The position numbers were made by a program, and so were the translations under genes. This document shows, one piece after another, positions 19,869 through 30,583 of a stretch of 64,000 nt of DNA. How positions within the stretch are numbered: position 1 is the first letter of the stretch; each line of letters starts with the position of its first letter. A model generated the notes under the pieces. That model worked only from the letters and a program-made list of their open reading frames with translations, did no database searches and was not told the origin of the DNA. Source of the DNA: an uncultured Christensenellaceae bacterium (GTDB lineage Bacteria; Bacillota; Clostridia; Christensenellales; CAG-314); contig CAJUIV010000006.1 of assembly GCA_910586905.1 (NCBI GenBank), positions 7,157 through 71,156 of the forward strand, in the 5' to 3' direction.

Positions 19869-21031
19869 TATTTATCTCCTTTGCCGAATTTACTGAAAAA
19901 CGAAAACAAACCGCCCGCGTTTTTTTCTACGCGTATCGACTCGTATATTAAACCGTAACACGAAGTATATTCGTTTCGTTTGGTTTGCGCGTTTACGCTA
20001 TCGTACAATCTGACTTGTTTTCCCAAACTTGCCGACAAGCAATCGACTCCGCCGCGTATATACGCCAAACCGCCTCCGGTTAAAATTATCGGCGTATTTA
20101 CCGGTATTTCTTTATCGCAAAACCTAAAACTTTTTATTACGTATTCGCCTATTTGATTTATACGCGCCTTGACGACTTCGTTCGTTTGATACGCGTCAAT
20201 CATACGGCCGTTTAAAGAGTATGCGTCGCCGGATTGAATTTCCAAATTCAAATTGACTTTTTCCAAAATACTCATAGCGAAATTATAATCGCAACCTAAA
20301 ACCTGACATAAATCGCTGGCCAAATAACCGCTGCCCAATGCAAAGGTACGTTCAAACAGCAATCCTTTGCCTCCGCAAAGCATAACGTTTGTAGTTATAT
20401 GTCCTATATCGATTACTATAGAATAATTATCGTTATACATCGAATGTGAGATATAACTCGACTGCGCTTCGCACGCGTTTATATACGTAACTTTACTTAT
20501 GCCTTTTTCCAATAAAACGGGCGCTACGGTATTGCGAAAATAATTTTTCATATAAGAAAACGATATAAGTCCCGTTAATTTACTCGCAATAAATCCAACC
20601 GGTTCAACCATTTTCAAAGCGCCGTCTAAAATAAAATACACGGGTTTTCCCCCTAAAGGGCTATAGTCTGACTCGCACTTAAAAATATCCGCTTTTTTGA
20701 TTATTTCTTCTATGTCGTCAACGTCTATTTTCTTCTTCGAATGAAAAGTAGTAGAAGCTTCGCTGGTGGTTTGCGCGCAAAACACGCCAGGCACACCGAC
20801 AAAAATTTCTTTAATTCTACTCTTCATTTTGTTTTCCACTTGTGAAATCGCCTGCGAAACCGCCTCGCTAATAGTATCGGGCTCGTACCAGCCGTTATCC
20901 CCAAAGCCGTTATAAATGCTCTGCCCTACGGCTTTGATGATAAACTCGCCTTTGTCCGACACTTTAGAAGCAGCCATGCAAGTAATCTTGCTGGAACCGA
21001 AATCCAAAATTGCCACAAAATTGTTTTTCAT
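19868..21031 (-). CDS. ftsA: Cell division protein FtsA
   Basis: Actin-like fold pattern (AILDFGSSKI, DIGHITTN, LTGGGL) and a C-terminal amphipathic GLFSFFSKFGK. Directly upstream of ftsZ. Confidence 0.85.
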   Translation of the reverse strand: MKNNFVAILDFGSSKITCMAASKVSDKGEFIIKAVGQSIYNGFGDNGWYEPDTISEAVSQAISQVENKMKSRIKEIFVGVPGVFCAQTTSEASTTFHSKKKIDVDDIEEIIKKADIFKCESDYSPLGGKPVYFILDGALKMVEPVGFIASKLTGLISFSYMKNYFRNTVAPVLLEKGISKVTYINACEAQSSYISHSMYNDNYSIVIDIGHITTNVMLCGGKGLLFERTFALGSGYLASDLCQVLGCDYNFAMSILEKVNLNLEIQSGDAYSLNGRMIDAYQTNEVVKARINQIGEYVIKSFRFCDKEIPVNTPIILTGGGLAYIRGGVDCLSASLGKQVRLYDSVNAQTKRNEYTSCYGLIYESIRVEKNAGGLFSFFSKFGKGDK

Positions 21032-21049
21032 ATATTCCTCTTTTGAAGA

Positions 21050-21835
21050 TTATTTCCCTGTGTTGGTAGTAATGCTACCGTCTTGCCTCACCGTTATAAC
21101 AACGCCTTTTTGCTGTAAATTGGTTTTGTCGGTATAATAAACGCTGTAAGCGGCTATAATGCGCTTAGTCAAATCGTTTTCCGGAGATATTACACGTATC
21201 TTGGCACCGGATAACGTATTAATAATCAAATCGCCGTTTTCATAACGGAATACGTCTTCTTTGCTTAAAATAACCGGTAAATCCTCAACTTCCAAATTAC
21301 ATTGCCAACTGGCGATTATTGCCTGCAAAACCTGATGCAAACGCGCGTTATTCATCTCTTCCAAAAATTTAAGCGGGCTTCCTAACGAAATCGATTCGGC
21401 ATCGCGACGTTCGAAAACGGAAGAAATATCTATACAGTCTTTATTTGACGGTTCTTCAACAACGTACCCGAAAGAATCTACGTAAACCATATTTCCGCCA
21501 ACGTCGACTTTTACCGCTGCAACTCGCTCGACAAAATGCACCTCGATTATATTCGGAAAATTTTTAACTACTGCAAACGCATGCCATTTGGTAAATTTTT
21601 GATTTAATTGCGTCAAAAGTTTATCTTTAGACAAAAAGAAAATGCTTCTTCCTTTAGAAAAATCCAAAACGTCTTTCGAAGACGGAGCGTCGTCTGTCGC
21701 GATAGTTTGACCGCCGTCGAATTTATGATAAACTGTGGCAACTTTTTGAACTGAAAAAACCGAAGCCATTATTACGATTACTGCAACAACAACAGCTATT
21801 ATAGATATAAGTATAATTAGTTTCTTGCTTTTCAC
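21050..21835 (-). CDS. divIB: Cell division protein FtsQ/DivIB
   Basis: N-terminal TM followed by POTRA-like and beta domains. Conserved position upstream of ftsA. Confidence 0.7.
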   Translation of the reverse strand: MKSKKLIILISIIAVVVAVIVIMASVFSVQKVATVYHKFDGGQTIATDDAPSSKDVLDFSKGRSIFFLSKDKLLTQLNQKFTKWHAFAVVKNFPNIIEVHFVERVAAVKVDVGGNMVYVDSFGYVVEEPSNKDCIDISSVFERRDAESISLGSPLKFLEEMNNARLHQVLQAIIASWQCNLEVEDLPVILSKEDVFRYENGDLIINTLSGAKIRVISPENDLTKRIIAAYSVYYTDKTNLQQKGVVITVRQDGSITTNTGK

Positions 21836-21971
21836 GTAAACCTCATATCATACGACAAGTATTATAACTCTAATGCGAATATATCAGTTTAAATATTATA
21901 CAACCATTTATTTTGATAGTCAAACACTTTATGTTATAAGTGAGTAATTTCAAATAATATTTCATTACATA

Positions 21972-22010
21972 AAAAAACGCGCCGACAACCGAAACTATCG
22001 GTTAATCGGC
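21972..22010 (-). terminator. Terminator after murA
   Basis: Minus strand reads gccgattaaccgatagtttcggttgtcggc followed by ttttttt. Confidence 0.6.
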
Positions 22011-22029
22011 ACGCTGCGCAGAATATTAT

Positions 22030-23271
22030 TTATTTTTCATCGATATCAGCGCCTAAATCTTTCAGACAATCCGCTAAACGATAATATCCTCTATCAATAT
22101 GCTGAATACCTTTTATAACGCTTTGACCTTCGGCGTTCAACGCGGCTATAACCAGACCTGCTCCGCCGCGCAAATCTCGCGAACAGACGGTCGCACCGTT
22201 CAAATTTCGCCCTTTTATCACCGCTTTATCGCCTTCAACTACTATATTAGCGCCCATACGGCAAAGTTCTTCGGAATTATGCCTCAAACGGTTTTCGAAA
22301 AGTTTTTCGTAAATTACCGTTTGTCCCCCGTTGGAACATGCCGCTAAAGATAGCGCCAACGACTGCATATCGGTAGGGAAAAACGGGTACGGCGCTGTAA
22401 TAATTTTACCGTAATCGTTCGGCTGTCCGCTTGAGGATATCCGTATTGCGTTTTCGAAAACTCTCACTTTAAATCGTGTATGTAATAAATTCAGGAAAGC
22501 GTCCATATGTTTAGGACAACAATTTAAAACGTCTACGTTTCCTCCGGCGGCTGCCGCAGCAGATAAATACGTAGCGGCAACTATTCTATCGGGAATAATA
22601 TCGAATTCGACTCCTCGCAATTTTTCAACGCCTACTATTTGCAAATCGGGCGTTCCGACACCGTTAATTTTCGCACCCATTTTAACAAGCATTTCTTCTA
22701 AAGCAACGACCTCTGGTTCGGTAGCACAGTTATATAAAAAACTTTCTCCTTTTGCCATTACGCAGGCGCAAACCAGATTTTCGGTAGCGCCCACACTGGC
22801 AAACCGCAGTTTATAAGAAGCCCCTTTAGGTTTCCCATTACAGCGCACAACGTCTGTGCAGGACACTTCTACGCCTAAAGATTCCAAACCCTGTAAATGT
22901 ATGTCCATCGGTCGGGCTCCTATTGCGCACCCGCCCGGAAGCGGCAATTCAATCTCGTTATATTTCGCCACTGCGCCGCCCAGTATCAATGCCGAGCCTC
23001 TGAGAAGCGACGCGATATTTTTCGGAATCCGAGTGGTCGTCAAACCTCCGCTAATTCTTACAACGCTACCGCTACGTAAGACAGTTTTTCCTATCGACTT
23101 CAACAACAAAATCATATTGTCAACGTCTACAATCGAAGGACAGTTCCTTAGTATGATTTCGTCGTCGGTAAGTACAGACGCGCCGAGCAATGCAAGCGCA
23201 CAATTTTTGGCTCCGTAAACCGAAATTTCGCCGTTTAACCTTTTACCGCCGTTTACTATGTAATCCACCAT
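22030..23271 (-). CDS. murA: UDP-N-acetylglucosamine 1-carboxyvinyltransferase
   Basis: GAKNCALALL, the active-site loop LPGGCAIGARPMD, and RGYY near the C-terminus. Confidence 0.95.
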   Translation of the reverse strand: MVDYIVNGGKRLNGEISVYGAKNCALALLGASVLTDDEIILRNCPSIVDVDNMILLLKSIGKTVLRSGSVVRISGGLTTTRIPKNIASLLRGSALILGGAVAKYNEIELPLPGGCAIGARPMDIHLQGLESLGVEVSCTDVVRCNGKPKGASYKLRFASVGATENLVCACVMAKGESFLYNCATEPEVVALEEMLVKMGAKINGVGTPDLQIVGVEKLRGVEFDIIPDRIVAATYLSAAAAAGGNVDVLNCCPKHMDAFLNLLHTRFKVRVFENAIRISSSGQPNDYGKIITAPYPFFPTDMQSLALSLAACSNGGQTVIYEKLFENRLRHNSEELCRMGANIVVEGDKAVIKGRNLNGATVCSRDLRGGAGLVIAALNAEGQSVIKGIQHIDRGYYRLADCLKDLGADIDEK

Positions 23272-24371
23272 TTAACTCCTAAATTATTTTGATAAACGTT
23301 TGCAGATAAATTCAGCAAAACGCCCATAGCCGTTAAAAAAACAACCAGCGAAGTTCCGCCGTAACTTATAAAGGGTAACGGCAAACCGGTAGGAGGAATA
23401 CTCCCCGTTACTACTGCAAAGTTGAGCAACGATTGAACTGCGACAACTGCCGATATACCGCCCGCCAAATAACACGAAAACTTATCTTGACTGTTAACGG
23501 CAATTCTTACGCCCCTCAAAATCACTATAAGATAAAGCACGAATATAAATAAACAGCCGAACAATCCGGTTTCTTCTCCTATTACCGAAAAAACAAAGTC
23601 GCTTTCGGCAAACGGTAAAAAACGGTATTTTTGTCTGCTATTGAAAAGTCCGACTCCGAACCAACCTCCGCCGCCTAAAGCGTACAGGGACTGTATCAGC
23701 TGATAGCCTTCGTCTTTAGGCGACGCCCAAGGGTCTAAAAAAGCAAGCAATCTTTGAAGCCGATACGGTTCAAGAAAAATCAATACGGGAACGGCCAGAG
23801 CAATGGGAATTAGCATAAGCAAAAAATATTTCCATTTCATACCGCCTAAATACAACATTATAATCATTAGCATAGCCATACACATCGTTATCGACATATT
23901 CGGTTCTGCAATAATCAAGCCGCAAAATACGATTCCAATACCTATCGGCAGCAAACAGTACCGTAGTTTTGCCGTATCGGTTTTAGACATATAAACGGCG
24001 CAAAACAAAACGTACGCGAATTTGGCGATTTCGGAAGGCTGCATCGAAAAACTGCCGAAACCTATCCATCTTTTCGCTCCGTAGTTTTCGATACTTATAC
24101 CCGGTACGAAAACCAATACAAGCAAAACGACCGAAACCGCTACGCCCGCAATCCAAAGTTTCTTAATAAAATCGATACTTATTCTTGTTACAAGAAGCAT
24201 AACGACAATACCGATAATCGCTCCGATTAGCTGCTTGAACAAAAAGAAGTATTTATTTCCGTATGTAAGCTCGGCGGAATACATACTGGCGCTGTATACG
24301 AAGACCAAACCCAATACGACCAAAACCAGTACGGCGCTCAGCAATACGCAGTCAATTCGTTTTTTTATCAC
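23256..24371 (-). CDS. ftsW: SEDS-family peptidoglycan polymerase FtsW/SpoVE
   Basis: 10-TM SEDS pattern (QPSEIAKF, ESDFVFSVIGEE, PFISYGGTS). Confidence 0.9.
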   Translation of the reverse strand: MIKKRIDCVLLSAVLVLVVLGLVFVYSASMYSAELTYGNKYFFLFKQLIGAIIGIVVMLLVTRISIDFIKKLWIAGVAVSVVLLVLVFVPGISIENYGAKRWIGFGSFSMQPSEIAKFAYVLFCAVYMSKTDTAKLRYCLLPIGIGIVFCGLIIAEPNMSITMCMAMLMIIMLYLGGMKWKYFLLMLIPIALAVPVLIFLEPYRLQRLLAFLDPWASPKDEGYQLIQSLYALGGGGWFGVGLFNSRQKYRFLPFAESDFVFSVIGEETGLFGCLFIFVLYLIVILRGVRIAVNSQDKFSCYLAGGISAVVAVQSLLNFAVVTGSIPPTGLPLPFISYGGTSLVVFLTAMGVLLNLSANVYQNNLGVKWWIT

Positions 24372-25653
24372 TATGTAATTCCTCTACGATTCTTTGAAAA
24401 TACTTTCCTCTTTGCGCGTAGTTTTCGAAAGCGTCAAAACTAGCGCAAGCGTTGGACATAAGAACAACGCCGCCGATTTTTTTAATACTATCGTAACAAT
24501 ATCTGACAGCTTGAGCTATATCTTGAAACACCTCGGCGTTAACGCCGAATTTATTTGCACAAGCGACGATTGCATTTGACGTTTCTCCCACGACCGCAAC
24601 GTATTTTATATTAGCTTGAGTACGTATATAAGAAAAAATTCCGTCAAATTTTTCTCCTTTATCAGAGCCGCCTATTATAAGAGCCAAATCGTCTTTATAA
24701 TTCTTAAGAGCGCTAAGCGTAGCGTGCGCGTTGGTAGCTTTACTGTCGTCTATAAAAGTTACGTTGTCGTATTGCGCTACGAACTGCATTCTGTGCGGTA
24801 AAAATTTATAATCTTTTAAAGAATCAACGCACGCTTCCAAAGGAACTTTCAACACACAGCACGCCAGCAGCGCCGCAAGAGCATTAGACAAATTGTGCGC
24901 GGCAAATGAGTTTAAAAATTCCGCCCGTGCTTTTACGGATTTTCCGCATATATTTACAACGACTTCATTGTTCTCGAAATAACAATCAGCTTTTCGGTTG
25001 ACGCAAGAATAATATAATTTTTTTGCATTACACAATTGAGAAATATCGCGCGCGTTGTCGTCGTCGAAATTAAAGATAGCGTAGGAATCTTTCGATTGCC
25101 CCGTAAAGTTTTTGGTTTTAGCTAATACGTAGTTCTCAAAAGAACCGTGATAATTTAAATGGTCTTGCGCTATGTTAGTTAAAACGCTTATGTACGGAGA
25201 AAACTTTTCGCAATCCGCAAGCTGAAAACTTGAACTTTCAAGAACAACAACTTCGTCGTTTTTCGTATCTAATATCTGAGACGAAAACGGTACTCCGCCG
25301 TTACCAAGCAGTCTGGTTTTAAAATCGAGAGAACTTAATATATGAAATATCATTTCACAAGTTGTGGTTTTACCGTTCGTACCTGTAACCGATATACATT
25401 TACTTTTACATAAAGGAAAACAGTATTCCAGTTCTCCAACCAGACTAGCTCCTGCTTTTCGGGCTTCCTCAACGCCTTTAGAATACGGATAAACTCCGGG
25501 ACTTAAAATAACCAAACTGTTATCGTTAAATTCCATTTTACAATCAAATCCGTTGTCATCATCGTAAAAAACAGCGGATTTACCCATTTCGTCAAGCATT
25601 TTTTTTAAACTTTGACCCGTTTTTCCTCGTCCGTATATTATTATGTCTGACAT
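24352..25653 (-). CDS. murD: UDP-N-acetylmuramoylalanine--D-glutamate ligase
   Basis: GRGKTG, GTNGKTTT, DSKATN. The ATG at 25653 has SD ggaga and abuts the mraY stop. Confidence 0.95.
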   Translation of the reverse strand: MSDIIIYGRGKTGQSLKKMLDEMGKSAVFYDDDNGFDCKMEFNDNSLVILSPGVYPYSKGVEEARKAGASLVGELEYCFPLCKSKCISVTGTNGKTTTCEMIFHILSSLDFKTRLLGNGGVPFSSQILDTKNDEVVVLESSSFQLADCEKFSPYISVLTNIAQDHLNYHGSFENYVLAKTKNFTGQSKDSYAIFNFDDDNARDISQLCNAKKLYYSCVNRKADCYFENNEVVVNICGKSVKARAEFLNSFAAHNLSNALAALLACCVLKVPLEACVDSLKDYKFLPHRMQFVAQYDNVTFIDDSKATNAHATLSALKNYKDDLALIIGGSDKGEKFDGIFSYIRTQANIKYVAVVGETSNAIVACANKFGVNAEVFQDIAQAVRYCYDSIKKIGGVVLMSNACASFDAFENYAQRGKYFQRIVEELHSDKKTN

Positions 25654-25654
25654 A

Positions 25655-26650
25655 TTATTCTCCAAAACACAGCATAATCAGTGTAATACATATTGTAACA
25701 GTACAATACAAGACGCAAATTCTCGTTTCACTCCATTTCTTTTTTTGTAAATGATGATGGAACGGGGCCATCAAAAATATACGTTTTCCTTTTGTTATTT
25801 TGAAATATACCACTTGCAAAATAACCGACACGCACGAAACGACGAACATTAAACCGAGTATGGGAATAAACAAACTCATACGCGTGAAAATCGCGCTGCA
25901 AGCCACCAATGCGCCCAAGGCGAGCGAACCGGTATCACCCATAAATACTTTCGCATCGTTGCAGTTAAACAGCAGAAACGCCGATAAAGCGCCGCACGCA
26001 ATATAACAAAGCGTTATAATATCCTTCGTTTGAGTATAAGCATACGTATCGCCCACGCTTTCGAGTAAAATCAATTCTCGGTTTAAAAGAGCAATCATAC
26101 CCGCCAAAAAGCATATTGTAGTCCCCGTTGCCAATCCGTCTATACCGTCCGTCAAATTTACCCCGTTAGTACACGCCAAATAAATAAAAACGATAAAAGG
26201 AACAATCCAAAAACCCATCTTTATTTGTTTATCGGTAAAAGGTATTCTTATTTTATCCCCTATCGCCACGTCGCCGTAAACGTAAAAAGCCACTAAAATA
26301 GCTATGGCTAATTGAATTATAATTTTTTGATACGCGCGCAATCCCATATTTCTTTTGTAATGAATTTTTATGAAATCGTCCAAAAAGCCCACGACTCCAT
26401 AGGCTACGAATACCGCGATCACTACGGCGGTAGGTCTATTTGACCAATCGCAAAAAATAGCGGAAACGCAAGCGATAGCCAATATGAACGCAATACCTCC
26501 CATAGTAGGAGTTCCTTGCTTTCCGCTATGCTCTGTAACGTATTGTAGAATTTCCTGTTTAGCTTTAACTTTTTTTAAAAGCGGCAACAGTAAGCCGCAC
26601 AATAATAAACTTAAAGCAAACGCAGCTAAAAACGATAAAGGTCTGTTCAT
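25655..26650 (-). CDS. mraY: Phospho-N-acetylmuramoyl-pentapeptide transferase
   Basis: KxGTPTMGG, NGVNLTDGIDGLA, GDTGSLALG, APFHHH. Confidence 0.95.
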   Translation of the reverse strand: MNRPLSFLAAFALSLLLCGLLLPLLKKVKAKQEILQYVTEHSGKQGTPTMGGIAFILAIACVSAIFCDWSNRPTAVVIAVFVAYGVVGFLDDFIKIHYKRNMGLRAYQKIIIQLAIAILVAFYVYGDVAIGDKIRIPFTDKQIKMGFWIVPFIVFIYLACTNGVNLTDGIDGLATGTTICFLAGMIALLNRELILLESVGDTYAYTQTKDIITLCYIACGALSAFLLFNCNDAKVFMGDTGSLALGALVACSAIFTRMSLFIPILGLMFVVSCVSVILQVVYFKITKGKRIFLMAPFHHHLQKKKWSETRICVLYCTVTICITLIMLCFGE

Positions 26651-26675
26651 ATTTTCCTCTGCTTGTCTTTATGTA

Positions 26676-28103
26676 CTATTCGATACGCAACAAATTCCTC
26701 ACTACGTCCACGTCTGAATACGGAAACTTTTTCCCCTTTATTTCTTGATACTCTTCCGCGCCTTTGCCTAAAATAGCCACCGTATCGACGGCTGTTGCGA
26801 TAGACAATGCAAATTCGGTTGCCTGACTGCGGTTTAGCACCACTTTGTACTTACACGTCAAGCGTTCCGCCACGTCTTTTGCGATGAGTTTGGGGTCTTC
26901 GTACCGAGGATTGTCGTTAGTAAGAACCGCGAAGTCGGCATATTCCGAGACCTGTTCGGCTATCAACGGTCGTTTGAATTTATCTCGGTTGCCTCCGCAG
27001 CCGAATACGACTATAAGGCGTCCCTTCGTCGTACTTTTTAAAAACGAAAGAATGTTGTGAATACCGTCGGGAGTATGAGCGAAATCTATTACTACCCGGG
27101 CGCCGTCGCTGCGAATAATCGTTTCGTTTCTTCCGTTAACGACGTTTACTTCCTTGACGGCGTTTACCGACGTATCGACGTCAACGCCCAAAACCGTAGC
27201 GCACGTTATCGCTGCCAAACTGTTGTAAACGTTAAATCGTCCCGCTAGCCGAGACGTTACTTTTGCAGTTTGGTTCCCGAAATTTACAACGTACTCCGAG
27301 CCGTCTTTTTCAAGAAGCAAGTCCTGCGCGGTTATATCTGCGTCGTTATTTATCGCGTACGTTGCCGAAGGCAGTATTTTCAAAATTTCTCTACCCAATT
27401 CGTCGTCGGCATTAACCACGGCGTTTTTAACGTATTTGTCCGTAAAATAGCTTTTTTTAACCCTGGCATAATTTTGCATGGTTTTAAAAAAATCCAAATG
27501 GTCTTGAGAAAAATTTGTAAAAATAGCCACTTCGGCGCAAATACCTTGCATCTTTTTTAATTCTATGGCATGGGCCGACACTTCCATTATAACTACGTCT
27601 ACCTTATTCAAATACATTTGCCGAAACCAATAATGCAATTCGATTGGGTCTGGAGTTGTCAATCCGCTATAATGCTTTTGACCGTTAAAGAATATGCCGT
27701 TTGTGCCAATAACCGCAGTGTTATATCCCGCTTTAGATAAAATCGCTTCCAAAATATACGAGGTTGAAGTTTTTCCGTTAGTGCCTACTATAGAAATTAT
27801 TTTTAATTTATCTACGCAATTATCGTAAAAATTTTTAGCGACCAAACTCATTACGGCGCGAGCATCCTCCACGATTATTTGCAACGCCTGAGTATCTAAC
27901 TGGCGTTCGCATACTATCGCAGACGCTCCATCGCCGATTACTTTACGGAAAAAATCATGACCGTCGCGTTTTTGTCCTTTTAAACAAAAAAACACACTGC
28001 CTTGTTTAACAGTAGACGTATCGCAAGAAAGCGAAGTTATCTGAGGATTTCCCACTCCTACAATCTGACAGCACACACCGTTTAACAACTGCTGAAGATA
28101 CAT
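26676..28103 (-). CDS. murE: UDP-MurNAc-tripeptide synthetase MurE (DNPR motif, meso-DAP type)
   Basis: GTNGKTST and TNDNPRYEDP. The ATG at 28103 (MYLQQLLNG) has SD ggagaa. Confidence 0.95.
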   Translation of the reverse strand: MYLQQLLNGVCCQIVGVGNPQITSLSCDTSTVKQGSVFFCLKGQKRDGHDFFRKVIGDGASAIVCERQLDTQALQIIVEDARAVMSLVAKNFYDNCVDKLKIISIVGTNGKTSTSYILEAILSKAGYNTAVIGTNGIFFNGQKHYSGLTTPDPIELHYWFRQMYLNKVDVVIMEVSAHAIELKKMQGICAEVAIFTNFSQDHLDFFKTMQNYARVKKSYFTDKYVKNAVVNADDELGREILKILPSATYAINNDADITAQDLLLEKDGSEYVVNFGNQTAKVTSRLAGRFNVYNSLAAITCATVLGVDVDTSVNAVKEVNVVNGRNETIIRSDGARVVIDFAHTPDGIHNILSFLKSTTKGRLIVVFGCGGNRDKFKRPLIAEQVSEYADFAVLTNDNPRYEDPKLIAKDVAERLTCKYKVVLNRSQATEFALSIATAVDTVAILGKGAEEYQEIKGKKFPYSDVDVVRNLLRIE

Positions 28104-28198
28104 TAGATTTTCTCCATAATAAAAATAATCCATACGGTTAAACCGTATAGATTATTGTATTTTAACAAGACCTCAAATATGATTACGGTTAGGACAAA

Positions 28199-29935
28199 CT
28201 ATTCCAACGGAGAAATATTTTTATAATTGATTATTTCCTGAAAAACAAGCGCGGCGTACGGCGCGGCAACTATCGAGCCGTAGCTTTGCCCCTCCGGTTC
28301 GTCTACAATCATTAACGCCAAATACTTTGGACTGCTGGCAGGAAAAAATCCGATAAACGACGAAACGTATTTACCCGTTGCCAACGCGCCGTCGACAAAC
28401 TTCTGCGCGGTACCCGTTTTACCCCCAACCTGGTAGCCTTCTATTTTCGCGTTTTTTCCTCCGCCTTCGTCTACAACTCGCTTTAACATAGACGCGATTT
28501 GCGCGCTTGTTTCTGCACTGACGGTACGGTTAACGACAGTAGGCGAAAAACGCTTAACTACCTTTCCCGTCGTAGGGTCGGAAATCTCCTTTACTAAGTA
28601 CGGTTGCATAAGCAATCCACCGTTTACCGCGGACGCCGTCGCCATACACAACTGCAAAGCAGTAACGGCTATGGTTTGCCCGAACCCTATACGCGCCAAA
28701 TCCCCGTTCGTTACAGAAGTTTTAGGTACTAAAATACCCGCCTGTTCGCCGCTGAAATCGATTCCTGTTACGCTTCCGTATCCGAACTTATCCAAGTATT
28801 CGTACATCGTAGACTTACCCAACGACAGCGCTATATCGGTAAATATAGGATTACAGCTGTTATTAAGCGCATCGGATAAATTTTGATTAGAATGCTTACC
28901 GTTTGCGTGTTTAGTCCAGCAGCTGATTTTGGAACCGTCTATTATACGAATGCCGGAAGAATTTCCGAATATGTGTTCGGCGGAAAAAGCTTTCGGATTC
29001 CCGCGCCTGTATTCCTCCAAACACGCCGCTGCGGTTAAAACTTTAAAAGTCGACCCGGGCTCGTAAACGTCCGTAAGCAATGTGTTTTTGGAGTATTTCA
29101 TTAAATATTCCAAATTATCTCTCGGCAAGTTGTTTAGGTCCACGCTCGGTTTTGAAGCCATTGCAAGTATTTCGCCCGTCGTTACGTCCAATACTATGCA
29201 TCGAGCCGCCTGCGGTTTTTGCTGATACATTGCCAGTTGCAGCACATTTTCAACTATGGTTTGTATTACTGCATCTATCGTAAGAGTAACGGTCAATCCG
29301 TTGATAGCAGGCACGTACGACATCGAACCGTCGGCAAGTTCACTGCCGACTAAATCCGTTTCCGTTAGCAATTCGCCGTTTATTCCTTGTAAGTATTTAT
29401 CATAATAAGCTTCCAAACCCGTTTGTCCCACCCCGTCGTAAGAAACGAATCCTAGGACCTGTGATAAAAAATCACCGTATACGTAACTGCGCAGACCTTC
29501 GGCAGCCAAATAAACGCCGTGTAAATTACGGGAGCGAATTTCACTAGCTTGCGCGGAATCGATTTGCCTCTTAATCGTTACTTCCGAAACTCCTTTTTTT
29601 GTAAGTTTTTCAAGCAACTTCGCATAATCCATATCTAAAATTTCCGCCAGCGCTTTTGCGCAAGATTCGGCATCAACTACGCTCTTAGGTCGAGCGTACA
29701 CTCCGTAACCGGTTTCCGTAGTAGCAATCAAGTTGCCGTTAGTATCGGTTATATCTCCGCGGTATGCTTTTATCGGCAAATCTCTTTGCCATTGATTTCC
29801 CGCTTTGGCTTGAAGTTCCTTTCCCCAAATTACTTGTATATACGCCAAACGCAAAAATATTACCAAAAACAAAAAAATTGCCGCCACAATAAGTGTCAGC
29901 AATCTTTTTTTAGAAGTATAATAATCGTGTTGCAA
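28199..29935 (-). CDS. Class B penicillin-binding protein (FtsI/SpoVD type, no PASTA)
   Basis: N-terminal TM and dimerisation domain, with STFK, SCN and KTGTA transpeptidase motifs. Probable TTG start. Confidence 0.9.
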   Translation of the reverse strand: MQHDYYTSKKRLLTLIVAAIFLFLVIFLRLAYIQVIWGKELQAKAGNQWQRDLPIKAYRGDITDTNGNLIATTETGYGVYARPKSVVDAESCAKALAEILDMDYAKLLEKLTKKGVSEVTIKRQIDSAQASEIRSRNLHGVYLAAEGLRSYVYGDFLSQVLGFVSYDGVGQTGLEAYYDKYLQGINGELLTETDLVGSELADGSMSYVPAINGLTVTLTIDAVIQTIVENVLQLAMYQQKPQAARCIVLDVTTGEILAMASKPSVDLNNLPRDNLEYLMKYSKNTLLTDVYEPGSTFKVLTAAACLEEYRRGNPKAFSAEHIFGNSSGIRIIDGSKISCWTKHANGKHSNQNLSDALNNSCNPIFTDIALSLGKSTMYEYLDKFGYGSVTGIDFSGEQAGILVPKTSVTNGDLARIGFGQTIAVTALQLCMATASAVNGGLLMQPYLVKEISDPTTGKVVKRFSPTVVNRTVSAETSAQIASMLKRVVDEGGGKNAKIEGYQVGGKTGTAQKFVDGALATGKYVSSFIGFFPASSPKYLALMIVDEPEGQSYGSIVAAPYAALVFQEIINYKNISPLE

Positions 29936-29936
29936 C

Positions 29937-30560
29937 TTAGCCCCCGAACGCTCCGCTTAACCAATCGCACAATGAATCGAACCAATTTGTTTGAACGTTG
30001 AAATTTTGCGCGGGTCTTGTTTCTATCTCGGTGTACGTTTGCGTGTTGGATTTCGAAGCGTCGATATAACCCAACTGAGCAGCTTTTTCCGCTAATGCCG
30101 CGTAATCTTCGGCTTGTAGTTGTTCTGCCAAATTAGCTACGTTAGTAGAAATTTCCGTATATTCTGAATTCAAAGCGGACGTAGCGACAAAAGAGCCGCT
30201 GACCGAAACGGAACATAACGTAACAGCTAAAATCAATGCCAACACTACCATTGTGTACCCTACAATCATAACTTTAGCTTTCGCGCTCAGCTTTGATGAG
30301 GAAGTTTTCGTTTGCTCGGCGTATTGACGGTTGTAACTCATATTTAATGTTTGAACCGAGGGCATTACGTCAGACGATACGGAAGATACGTCCATTTCGT
30401 CTATTGCACTCAGAGAACCGAGCTTTTCTTGAATACTCGACAAAGAAAATTCTTGATTTTCTTGATTAAAACGGTCGGCAGAATAGGATGTTTTAACGTC
30501 AGAATAAACATCCGTTTGAATATCCGTATTAGTATAATTAGAACTATTAGTCCATTGCAT
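29937..30560 (-). CDS. ftsL: FtsL-position bitopic membrane protein with a long N-terminal extension
   Basis: Lies between rsmH and the PBP gene. About 100 aa S/T/D/Q-rich cytoplasmic region, one TM, then an ~85-aa external part containing AAQLGYIDASKS (an FtsL-like LG motif). Confidence 0.45.
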   Translation of the reverse strand: MQWTNSSNYTNTDIQTDVYSDVKTSYSADRFNQENQEFSLSSIQEKLGSLSAIDEMDVSSVSSDVMPSVQTLNMSYNRQYAEQTKTSSSKLSAKAKVMIVGYTMVVLALILAVTLCSVSVSGSFVATSALNSEYTEISTNVANLAEQLQAEDYAALAEKAAQLGYIDASKSNTQTYTEIETRPAQNFNVQTNWFDSLCDWLSGAFGG

Positions 30561-30583
30561 TATATTCACCGCCTTTATTTTTA

